Shown here: one piece after another, positions 13,521 to 22,014 of the stretch
How positions within the stretch are numbered: the first letter of the stretch is position 1
Layout: each line of letters begins with the position of its first letter
NCBI GenBank assembly: GCA_964187785.1
Contig: OZ076412.1
Span: forward strand, 38,750,001-38,814,000
DNA from: Amphiscolops sp. MND2022
Taxonomy: Eukaryota
Length of the DNA stretch: 64,000 bases
Reading direction: 5' to 3'
The notes under the pieces: model-generated
Told to the model about the DNA's origin: nothing
Seen by the model: only the letters and a program-made list of their open reading frames with translations
The model's database searches: none
Position numbers and translations under genes: made by a program

Positions 13521-14414
13521 ATGACTTCCACTACAAAAGAATTTTCCACTGAACGTATGAGATACCTTCTATACGAGACAAACGAAGTCTTCACACAAAA
13601 AACCTGGGACTCTTCTGATCAAGACGACAGTGTGACAGAACCCATACCCAAAAAAGAATACAATCCATTGAGAGACACAACCCATTTGGTCGAAAGTCTC
13701 AAAAAATTCCTCGAATGGGTTATAGATTACTCCAACTTGGAATTTTGCGTGGCTCTGCATGCGAAGGAAGACGACGCAAACGAAATGGATATTTGCCAGA
13801 ACTATGGAAGACTGCACTATCACGTGATACTCTATAGTGTGAAATTTCCCAAAACCATGGATAAAATTATCAAAAAGAACTTTACCACTGCCCTCGAGGA
13901 AACCATGAACTCGCAGAACAACTACAGAATTGAAATGTTCAGCACAAATAGTTCATCTTTTCGGAGAGAATTTTTGAGAAACACAAAAACTTTGGTGACA
14001 CATGGGCCATCTATTCAACAGCACTTGAAGGGATTGAATCATACAAGCAGCCGCAATCACGTTGACTGTATCTGGGACAAATGTCAAAAAACTGGGCGGT
14101 ATGAAGCAAGCCGCGACACAATCATCGATCGAACCAAAATTCTAGACAACGTTGAAGAGTTGGAGAAATCCGCCAGTCAGTTCAAACATGTGATACCCGA
14201 TATCGTCAACTTCCTCACCCAAAACAGCTATGGATCCTTCACCAACTCCCAACACAGTTCGGTTTTAAAAGTATCACTCGACCTGACCGACGCTCAATGT
14301 TGCTGCCACGACTGCTGCTTTCCCGAAAAACAAACCCCGGAGAGCAGAAACTATCAATTCATTGACGAAGGAACTGTCCTGTTTGAACAATCATTTGATG
14401 GTATATTCAGCTAG
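13521..14414 (+). CDS. Polinton ORF, 297 aa, with HUH-like motif (GRLHYHVIL); function unknown
   Basis: ATG-initiated ORF and first gene after the left TIR. H-hydrophobic-H motif in a beta-strand-like context. No obvious catalytic YxxxK. Confidence 0.7.
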   Translation: MTSTTKEFSTERMRYLLYETNEVFTQKTWDSSDQDDSVTEPIPKKEYNPLRDTTHLVESLKKFLEWVIDYSNLEFCVALHAKEDDANEMDICQNYGRLHYHVILYSVKFPKTMDKIIKKNFTTALEETMNSQNNYRIEMFSTNSSSFRREFLRNTKTLVTHGPSIQQHLKGLNHTSSRNHVDCIWDKCQKTGRYEASRDTIIDRTKILDNVEELEKSASQFKHVIPDIVNFLTQNSYGSFTNSQHSSVLKVSLDLTDAQCCCHDCCFPEKQTPESRNYQFIDEGTVLFEQSFDGIFS

Positions 14415-14444
14415 ATTTCAGTTGCTAAAAATTTGCTTTCAATC

Positions 14445-14867
14445 ATGTTGTTTCCTGAGTATCTTGATATACAACAAGTAATAAAAAACTTTGATGAACT
14501 AGTAATTATTTTCCCACAAAATAAGGTCAGCAAAAATGCTTTTCTCCCAGTGTGTCAGGTTATTGACCCAACACGGGACCTGGCAGCAATAAATGTAGAA
14601 TGTGAGTACGGAGGCTTGATAGGGCCAGGCAACAGTTTCCTACATCCTTTGCTTCAGAAATTTAAACTTTTCCGTGTTCACGCGGCCTTTCATGATGCAT
14701 TTGGTTTCATGAAAGAAAAGTATAATTTGGGACCAGGATATGTTTACACATTGGGTGAGGAACCATCATTCAAAAACAGCTGCCTGTTGGGTCATTTCAC
14801 CGGCTTGTTTCTTTGGATGTATCTAAAACTGACACAATCACAGATTTATTCCGAGTTGCCATTTTGA
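14445..14867 (+). CDS. Parvovirus-type phospholipase A2 domain protein (PLA2X-like)
   Basis: Ca-loop-like LIGPGNS and catalytic HAAFHDAFG, resembling parvoviral YLGPGN and AxxHDxxY. ATG at 14445. Confidence 0.75.
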   Translation: MLFPEYLDIQQVIKNFDELVIIFPQNKVSKNAFLPVCQVIDPTRDLAAINVECEYGGLIGPGNSFLHPLLQKFKLFRVHAAFHDAFGFMKEKYNLGPGYVYTLGEEPSFKNSCLLGHFTGLFLWMYLKLTQSQIYSELPF

Positions 14868-14883
14868 CTAGTAAGCATTCCAA

Positions 14884-15171
14884 ATGTCAGCTGCTAGCTC
14901 CAAGCTACCAAACACATCACTGCAGCTTTCATTGAATTCGAAAGTTTTCATACAATATAATCATCAGAATCATTTTTGCATTTACCTCCAAAAGATTGAT
15001 TCTGGTGTCTGTCCGCTAAACAATTACAGGTTGAGACACCTAGTTCCACTCACTTTGGAAGAACTTCTCCAACTATCGGAAGCATCGAAAATTCGTTGTT
15101 CAACCCTAGAATACAACTATAATCTTTCTAAAAAGCGAGAATACCCAGATGCCAAACCATCTCGCAAATGA
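14884..15171 (+). CDS. Small Polinton protein, 95 aa (possible PC4-like beta-sheet/helix pattern)
   Basis: ATG ORF tightly packed between PLA2 and the next gene; KVFIQY..FCIYLQKID..VPLTLEELLQL. The fold is a guess. Confidence 0.55.
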   Translation: MSAASSKLPNTSLQLSLNSKVFIQYNHQNHFCIYLQKIDSGVCPLNNYRLRHLVPLTLEELLQLSEASKIRCSTLEYNYNLSKKREYPDAKPSRK

Positions 15172-15460
15172 AAAAGCTAAGGATCAACCAGACACACCAA
15201 TATCTGTTACTGGAGGCAGTCTGATTTTTGACAACGACGAAAACGAGAGACCTCCGTGGAAACTTCAATGCTGTTGTATTAGAAAAGAATGTGAGCGATC
15301 GCTCCTAGTCTTATTACTGCATTATTTTATCGTCTTTTTGGTTGTGGCAGCAAGTATAGGGTTCTTATTCCTCAAGCAGAGCGAAAACAAGGGCAGCATA
15401 GGAGTGGTTGCCATCATATCAGCGTGCTTAGGCTATATAATTCCGTCACCGAGACAATGA
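15149..15460 (+). CDS. Small two-TM membrane protein preceding the packaging ATPase
   Basis: Two hydrophobic segments (LLVLLLHYFIVFLVVAASIGFLFL; IGVVAIISACLGYII) ending GYIIPSP. Its TGA overlaps the ATPase ATG (ATGA at 15457-15460). Confidence 0.7.
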   Translation: MPNHLANEKAKDQPDTPISVTGGSLIFDNDENERPPWKLQCCCIRKECERSLLVLLLHYFIVFLVVAASIGFLFLKQSENKGSIGVVAIISACLGYIIPSPRQ

Positions 15461-16151
15461 ACAAAATAATCAGCACAGATCCCCACTGTTTTCTCATGGT
15501 AGTTGGACCCAGTGGCTCGGGAAAAACTTACTTAGTCTCGCAGCTTCTGAAACAGCATCACCAAATTTTCAAACCGAACTTCCAACAATTTCTGTACTTT
15601 TATAATCATTTTCAACCATTTATCAAGAACTGCAAGTATTACTGGGACCAAAAACTTTTCATCTTTGTCAAGGTGTTGACTGGTCTCTACTGGACAAGGC
15701 ATCGGCGTCAAACCAACACACTCTCGTCATTTTCGACGATGTCTATCAAGAAGTAGCTGCCGCGAAAGAGTTTTTGAACCTCGTGATTTCCGGCCGACAT
15801 CAGAAACTACATCTGCTGGTCCTGAAGCACAATTTGTACCAGCAGTCAACAAACTCCAAAACGATTGATCTGAATGTTACACAATTGTTGTTGCTGAGGA
15901 ACCCACGAGACACAAATCAAATTGACTACTTGGGACGACAACTTGGTTGCCGAGAACTTTTACTCAATTCGTATAAAAGAGCAACGCAAGATGAGTTTGG
16001 TCATTTGCTCATCGATCTGGATCACCGGCTGAATGAAAACTTGCGTTTTTCTTCAAACATAGTTTCTAAACCAGCCATTTATTACTGTAACACTTCAAAC
16101 TCGACAGCAATAAACATTGATGATTCCTTCACAACATCTTTATACAATTGA
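15457..16151 (+). pseudogene. FtsK/A32-like DNA packaging ATPase with a 1-nt frameshift at about 15619
   Basis: Walker A GPSGSGKT lies in the first frame. From 15621 the shifted frame reads YQELQVLL...TLVIFDDVY (Walker B)...ISGRHQKLHLLVLKHNLY and continues into ORF 15774-16151. Confidence 0.9.
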
Positions 16152-16479
16152 GTTGTTCTCATCGTTCAAACCAATACTAAAAAGACATTTCATCTTACAT
16201 TGTAGTGACGATAAAATAAAACTTTTCTGCAATTGCCTTTTCAACATCAAGGAAGGAGCGATAGAGCTCAAAAATGTGAAACCTAATACTCTCAAGAAAA
16301 ATAAACTGCTCATTCAACAGCTCTGTTCACCTAAGATCAGGTTGGCTGTGAAAAGAGAACTACTGGCGTCCAAGCAAGGACAAAGTCTTTTACGCTTGCT
16401 AAAAACTTCAATATTAAGATATCTGAAACTACAGTGCTATGAGCAAGCCAACAAAGCGGTTTGTACTTGTGTCAGCTGA
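16120..16479 (+). CDS. Basic Polinton protein of the type usually found after the ATPase
   Basis: ATG at 16120. FCNCLFNIKEGAIEL...LIQQLCS...KRELLASKQG resembles the recurring Polinton post-ATPase ORF (recognised by eye). Confidence 0.7.
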   Translation: MIPSQHLYTIELFSSFKPILKRHFILHCSDDKIKLFCNCLFNIKEGAIELKNVKPNTLKKNKLLIQQLCSPKIRLAVKRELLASKQGQSLLRLLKTSILRYLKLQCYEQANKAVCTCVS

Positions 16480-17095
16480 TGTGTACTTCAACCAAGGAGA
16501 GGAGAAGGCCATTAACGGCGGCTTAATTGCTCAACCATCAGTAGCAACATCTGAATCGAAAAGGGCCAAGTTTTCCGAACAAGACCTGAAACAAGAACTT
16601 ATCAAGGAAGAAACACTTTGCGAATCACCTTTGGAGGTGACCACAAAAGCGAGTCAACTCGATGTTCTAGATCGACTTGCGCCGTCGAATCGTAAAGAAG
16701 CAATCGATCAGAATAAATTGTGGAACATAAATAACAAAATACAAACAATCATTAGTAAATTGATCGAGCTCGGCTTTAGCAGCAGCAAGTTGGAAAGATC
16801 ACGAATTATATTACAATCATTTTTCAAAAATTCGCGACTGTCTCTTAACTAATTGCTGGAAATACAACTGGACGGCAGTCCAACACAGGTAAACCTCCTA
16901 GCATTTCTGAGTGACCTTCAAGTTGCCAACAAAAAACTGGGTGAAGCATCACTGAATGTGCTGCGTATACTTAAAATCACAACTAAACACATCATAGCAA
17001 ATGTCAAGGCAAAAGAGGTGGTGTCGTCAGCGGGACAAAACGATTCGACATCGAGTTCACTTTCTTCTTCGACCTTGTGGGTCGAGCGCTTCTGA
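16439..17095 (+). pseudogene. Polinton uncharacterised gene with an internal nonsense codon (TAA 16850-16852)
   Basis: ORFs 16439-16852 and 16853-17095 share one frame and are separated only by a single TAA. The second has no ATG at its start. Starts MSKPTKRFVLVS. Confidence 0.7.
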
Positions 17096-18281
17096 TGACG
17101 GGCAATTAGCAGCAGAACTCATCAATCAACTCTTGATTCGAGCAGGAATTGAATTAAATCCCGGACCTCTCAAATGTAATTGCTGTAAAAAACTTTTGGG
17201 CAAAAGTACGAAAAAGGCACCAACTGTTTGGTGTCACGTTTGCGGATGGGTACACTTCAAGTGCAGTGGCTTAAACACACCATTGGATTATCAAAAGACT
17301 ACCAATTTTCGGTGCCCGTGGTGTGCCACCAACACAAGATTCGCAAACGAAAGTTCAGACCCGGCACTTTTAACATTGCACAAACTCTACACTTCAACAA
17401 GCAGTCACGCCGCTTTCGGCTCGAGCGAGGTTTTGAGGAAGGCAGCAGCAACAAAAGGAATCAAGAGAAAACAAGTTGACAAATTCCTTTCACAGAGCGA
17501 AACGTACACCAAGTTCCGCGCTGGTATACACAAGTTCACCCGGCTTAAAGTGCAATCTTACCGAATCAATGAAATTTGGTCTGGTGACTTGGCAGATGTG
17601 CATCAATTAGCAAAAAACAACGACGGCAAGAAATTCCTCTTGGTTTTTGTGGATTGTTTGAGCCGATTCCTCCGCGTGGATGCAATTGAAACCAAGTCAG
17701 CGACGCAAACAAGGACTGCACTACAGCGTTTGATACGGAAGCAAAAACCAGAAAAGATTTGGGTGGACAAAGGAAAAGAATTTAAGGGCGAATTTGCCAA
17801 GCTTTGTGCAGAGAAAAACATTACAGTATATAGCACCCACAGTGAGATGAAATCATGTTTGGCCGAGCGCTACATTCGAACTCTCAAGTCAATTTTATTT
17901 AAATATTTGCATGAGAACAACACCAGTCGATACATTGATCAACTCCAAAACTTTGTTAACCTCATCAATTCTCGACCTAACAGGACCACAAAGATTGCTC
18001 CGAAAAAAGTGACAAAGAAAGATGTACCGTACCTCGTGTCGTTATCAGCCAATGCCAACCCTGTGAAAAAACCACGGTATAAGATTGGTGATACAGTAAG
18101 GATTCGATTGAAAATCCCCACTTTCCACAAGGGCTATAAAATTCAGTTTACAGAAGAAATATTTGAAATTGTAGCCAATCCGACACTGAACCCCCCGACG
18201 TACACAATAAAAGACAAGGACGGCCAAGTCATCGAAGGAAAATTCTACGAGGCAGAATTAGTTTTATTTCGTTACAGTTGA
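17001..18281 (+). CDS. Retroviral-like DDE integrase with N-terminal 2A-like peptide and PHD-like finger
   Basis: WSGDLAD, FVDCLSRF, WVDKGKEF and LAERYIRTLK form the DDE core. C-terminal YKIGDTVRI...FHKGY..QFTEEIF..KFYEAEL is typical of Polinton integrases. Confidence 0.95.
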   Translation: MSRQKRWCRQRDKTIRHRVHFLLRPCGSSASDDGQLAAELINQLLIRAGIELNPGPLKCNCCKKLLGKSTKKAPTVWCHVCGWVHFKCSGLNTPLDYQKTTNFRCPWCATNTRFANESSDPALLTLHKLYTSTSSHAAFGSSEVLRKAAATKGIKRKQVDKFLSQSETYTKFRAGIHKFTRLKVQSYRINEIWSGDLADVHQLAKNNDGKKFLLVFVDCLSRFLRVDAIETKSATQTRTALQRLIRKQKPEKIWVDKGKEFKGEFAKLCAEKNITVYSTHSEMKSCLAERYIRTLKSILFKYLHENNTSRYIDQLQNFVNLINSRPNRTTKIAPKKVTKKDVPYLVSLSANANPVKKPRYKIGDTVRIRLKIPTFHKGYKIQFTEEIFEIVANPTLNPPTYTIKDKDGQVIEGKFYEAELVLFRYS

Positions 18282-18310
18282 GTAGGTAGCTAGATGACCT
18301 TGTACCTGCA

Positions 18311-19156
18311 ATGGAACAAACTTTTACAATCAATTTAATTTCCAATGCTTCCATGCAAGTGTTTCCTGCAAACACTATGGCTCAATTCACAACATTATTA
18401 CCCCATAGAATTGAACTAGCTGGAGACTGGGAGGTTGCCATTCTAGAGGCATCTTGGCCGGCCAAAGTTAAAAACATTACAAGCGCCGCATTTACGTTGA
18501 GTTGCTTCGACAAAAAGTCAAAGAGACCAACAAGACCGAAACATAATGGAACGATACCAGACGGCTATTATCCAAACGTCGACATTCTGATGACTAAACT
18601 GATACAATCAGTGTATCAAAGAAACGACACAAACTTCCCAGTTAGTTGGAAAGTTGATCCAGTCAGCGGGAAAATTGAAGTTTTTTTCCACAGTCAAGAG
18701 TTGGAAGATCAATTTTGGCTCCTGTTCAAGTCAAGCGATCTTTCAAACACACTCGGAATCACCGACACGATTTGTTGCACAATTCAAAGCCAACTTGAAA
18801 AAGGTTACGCCGTGCAAGGCACTTACCCGGTCGATCTACAGGGTGGTCGGCACACAATGTTTTTATACTGCGATTTGATTCAAAACGAAATCTTGGGTGA
18901 CGCTCAAACAGCTCTTTTGAGGGCCATACCGTTGAACCAAAGAGATGCTGTTTCCAATGCAACATGCTACAGAAACTTTCACAAATTGCAGTGGAAAAAA
19001 CTGACAAGGTCAAATTTTCAATCAATAACGATAAGACTCTGCGATGAAAGCGGCCAGCTGATGCCTTTCGTCAGTATTGGACGGACCAATCTCACGCTAG
19101 CTTTCCGTCGCCGCAGCGGCCACTCGTCTTCATTCAACTCAAATCAACAATTCTGA
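18311..19156 (+). CDS. Penton / minor capsid protein
   Basis: FTINLISNAS..FPANT..FTTLLP..IELAGDWEVAILE at the N-terminus; FLYCDLIQ..LGD..TALLRAIP and ITIRLCDESG at the C-terminus. Confidence 0.9.
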   Translation: MEQTFTINLISNASMQVFPANTMAQFTTLLPHRIELAGDWEVAILEASWPAKVKNITSAAFTLSCFDKKSKRPTRPKHNGTIPDGYYPNVDILMTKLIQSVYQRNDTNFPVSWKVDPVSGKIEVFFHSQELEDQFWLLFKSSDLSNTLGITDTICCTIQSQLEKGYAVQGTYPVDLQGGRHTMFLYCDLIQNEILGDAQTALLRAIPLNQRDAVSNATCYRNFHKLQWKKLTRSNFQSITIRLCDESGQLMPFVSIGRTNLTLAFRRRSGHSSSFNSNQQF

Positions 19157-19189
19157 ACAGTTGCTAACTAAAAGACCAAAACACAATCT

Positions 19190-19643
19190 ATGGATGCTTA
19201 CTATGCTTCGCAGAGGACATTCCACGGACCAGCAAGGCAATTCGGTTCCGGGGCAGGTCTGGGAGCCTTTGCAGTTCGCGTGGGACGGACTGCCATGCCG
19301 CTTTTGAAAAAATACGTCGCCCCAATAGTCAAACAAGTAGGCCAAAATGTGCTGGAAGCCGCTCTACCCGAAGTGGCCAGTCTCATTTCAGGCAAAAAGA
19401 AGACGAAGAGAGCGATCAAGGATGTCGCCAAACGGGTGATAGCAAAAACTATTGAGCCGAGTGCCGCGGCGGGCGGCACGGCGGGCGGCGGTCGGGCGGG
19501 CGGCGGCGCAGCCAGAAAACGAAAGCATGCTGAGTTGTTGAAAGCTCCTTCAACAAAAACAATCATTTCGAACAAAGACTCCCAAGAGAAGTCGGGCAGA
19601 CATTTTGACCAAAGTGAGATTTGCCAATTCTTCCAACAGTTGA
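19190..19643 (+). CDS. Core/DNA-condensing precursor protein (adenovirus pVII/pX-like), in-frame with hexon in this copy
   Basis: YYASQ..F.G..RQFGSG.GLG....PLLKKY..P motif followed by a K/R/G-rich tail. An alternative-frame end KRSRADIL...* stops at 19641-19643. Confidence 0.75.
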
Positions 19644-19648
19644 AGGGA

Positions 19649-20995
19649 ATGAGTGCCAGCACACCCAATTCAATACAATTTCATAGCCGAGCAAGCGATG
19701 TAGCTCAACCAGTAACACACAGTGCACTAGACTTTTTTGAAAAACCTTCAGTCTTGATCAATTACGAAGGGTCCCACGACCAAGAAGTTTTTCCACAAGT
19801 GGGGTGTCGAGGACCACAATTGGATTTTGTAGTTACCTCCGACAATAGAAACCTGGTTGATTTGAACAAAATAGTCTTGGACATCGACTGTGCCATCTAT
19901 AAAGCCGATGGGAAAACGCCTGCCGAAGAAGTTCTTCCTGTATGTTTTGCAAACAACACGCTACATAGTTTGTTCTCTCACGCCGAGGTTTTTATTGACG
20001 GCATATTGGTTTCATCGAGCAACAATGCATACCACCACGCAGCATTCATCGAGACGGAAATGACGACCGACCTTGATGCGAAAGCAACTTGGGCTCGATG
20101 TCAAGGCTACGAGTACCAGGCAGACAAAACATCAGAGGAAGAGTTAGCCAAGTGGAAAAATGAAAAATACGAGCAGGCAAAAATCCCGAAAAACAAATTA
20201 CGACTGGTTGGAGCGCCCCATATTGACTTTTTCGAATGTGAAAAAATTCTTTTGCCAGGAATTACACTTCACATACGCTTCCACAGATCAAGCAACGACT
20301 TTGTACTAACATCTCTAGACAGCAGCAGTGATGATGAAAAGTTTGTTGCAATTATTGAAAGGGCATCACTGTTCGTCACCAAAATGGTCGTGAAGGACTC
20401 TGTGCGAATGTCCATAGAAAAGGCGTTGGTAAGTGGTCCTGCCCATTATCCCTACATTGAGACATTAAATAAAAGTTTCATCATTCAAGCAGGACAAAAC
20501 AGCTTTGTGAAAGAAAATATTTTTGGAACGGAACCAGTCAGACGTCTCACTTTGTGCATGACAACAAACGAACAATTCCGAGGAACTAGGAACGCAGATG
20601 CCTTCCATTATAAACCGTTTGGCTTGCAGAGACTAGAAATTACTCGTGGAAATGGGGTCCCAGTCCCAGGTAGTCCGCTGGACATGAGGAATGGAAAAAT
20701 GCGAGCCTATTACAACACAATATGTTCACTTGGCTTTGCTGCGGGTAAAGGAGGAAACGGAATCGCTTACAAAAATTTTGACGATCATTTCGTTTTGGTA
20801 TTCGATCTGACCTCTAGCAGAGAAGCTTCCAAAAGTCTCACCTTATTTCCTGAACTAACAGGAGGTAGTCTCACGTTGAAGTTAACTTTTGAGCAACAAT
20901 TGGAACAAACAATTGAGCTCTTCCTCATTGCGGAAAAATTTAGTCAAATTTTCATTACATCCGAAAGAACAGTTCTCAAAAATACGGTATTGTAG
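19649..20995 (+). CDS. Hexon / double-jelly-roll major capsid protein
   Basis: Internal ATG at 19649. SALDFFEKP, NNTLHSLFSHAEVFIDG, HIDFFECEKILLPGI, FHYKPFGL, VFDLT and GSLTLKLTF match the Polinton MCP pattern. Confidence 0.92.
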   Translation: MSASTPNSIQFHSRASDVAQPVTHSALDFFEKPSVLINYEGSHDQEVFPQVGCRGPQLDFVVTSDNRNLVDLNKIVLDIDCAIYKADGKTPAEEVLPVCFANNTLHSLFSHAEVFIDGILVSSSNNAYHHAAFIETEMTTDLDAKATWARCQGYEYQADKTSEEELAKWKNEKYEQAKIPKNKLRLVGAPHIDFFECEKILLPGITLHIRFHRSSNDFVLTSLDSSSDDEKFVAIIERASLFVTKMVVKDSVRMSIEKALVSGPAHYPYIETLNKSFIIQAGQNSFVKENIFGTEPVRRLTLCMTTNEQFRGTRNADAFHYKPFGLQRLEITRGNGVPVPGSPLDMRNGKMRAYYNTICSLGFAAGKGGNGIAYKNFDDHFVLVFDLTSSREASKSLTLFPELTGGSLTLKLTFEQQLEQTIELFLIAEKFSQIFITSERTVLKNTVL

Positions 20996-21013
20996 CTGTA
21001 TCAAGTCACACTA

Positions 21014-21505
21014 ATGGACACTTGGGCTCTACAAAAACTGGCACTCAAATGTAGTCATTTGATAGAAACATTTCGGGGAGTTTGGAGTGCAGACAACTTT
21101 CCTCTGATGGAAGAGGACGATGCATCACCGTCATTTCAAATTGTCAACACTGAAGCTAGCAACAAACCCGGAAAACACTGGATTCTACTATGCAAAAGAA
21201 CTAAATCAGGTATAGGTGCTATCATATTTTGGGATAGCTTGGGAAAAAGGCCGAGAAAATACAAGGTATTGTTCGAACGATTGAATGAAATTTATAAAAA
21301 AATTGTTGTATTCAACCATCCTCTTCAGAGCAACTATTCAAATTGCTGTGGTTTGTATTGTATACTTGTTGCACATTATTTACCATTATCGGAAAATAAC
21401 AAAGCAGCTGCACAAATGCTCCCAAAGAAGATGGTTGATGAGTGTTCATTAATTCGTTTTATAAATTACCATTATAATACTGCTTTCACATTTGTAGTCA
21501 TTTGA
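21014..21505 (+). CDS. Adenain-like (C5) cysteine maturation protease
   Basis: FRGVWSAD, IVNT...GKHW (His), FWDSLG (Asp), LQS..SNCCGLYC (Gln/Cys). Confidence 0.93.
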   Translation: MDTWALQKLALKCSHLIETFRGVWSADNFPLMEEDDASPSFQIVNTEASNKPGKHWILLCKRTKSGIGAIIFWDSLGKRPRKYKVLFERLNEIYKKIVVFNHPLQSNYSNCCGLYCILVAHYLPLSENNKAAAQMLPKKMVDECSLIRFINYHYNTAFTFVVI

Positions 21506-21519
21506 TTAATTGATCATTA

Positions 21520-21851
21520 TTAACCACAATCACTTTCTTCGGCTTCACTAAGTATGAAGGGACACTTTCGTTTTGGTTCTCTGTCATCATCATCATCTCC
21601 ACAGTAGTCAGACAGTTCATCGAAATTGACAATGTTTGAAGAATGCTCATCAGCATCGTCATCATAGGGTCGAGACGAGAAACCAGGATCAATAGGACCT
21701 GATAAGGAAAGAAAAAGTACTCGGTGCTTTAGTTTACAGAAATTCGAATACTTAGGGTGATATACATACTGAAGATGGAGGAGGCCAACGAGAGCACAGA
21801 GGCGTCGTCACTTTGAGGAAAAACAGACGACGAAGCCCCATCATCATCATT

Positions 21852-21911
<60 letters not shown>

Positions 21912-21976
21912 TAACTCAGTGTCATCTTCGGCGGATGAGGATGAGACTGAGTAGGAGCGGGTTGAGTCAGAGAAGT
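21520..21976 (-). CDS. Two spliced acidic exons (21976-21770, 21698-21520) encoding a poly-Asp tail
   Basis: Acceptor ttctttttttcag at 21977; 71-nt intron GTATGT...tttccttatcag at 21769-21699. The frame is kept across the junction through (GAT)20-AAT-(GAT)3 to TAA at 21522-21520. Confidence 0.7.
21840..21911. repeat. (ATC)n trinucleotide repeat, read as D20-N-D3 on the minus strand
   Basis: Counted directly. Confidence 0.95.
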
Positions 21977-22014
21977 CTGAAAAAAAGAACGAATAAAATT
22001 AACCATTCACACCT

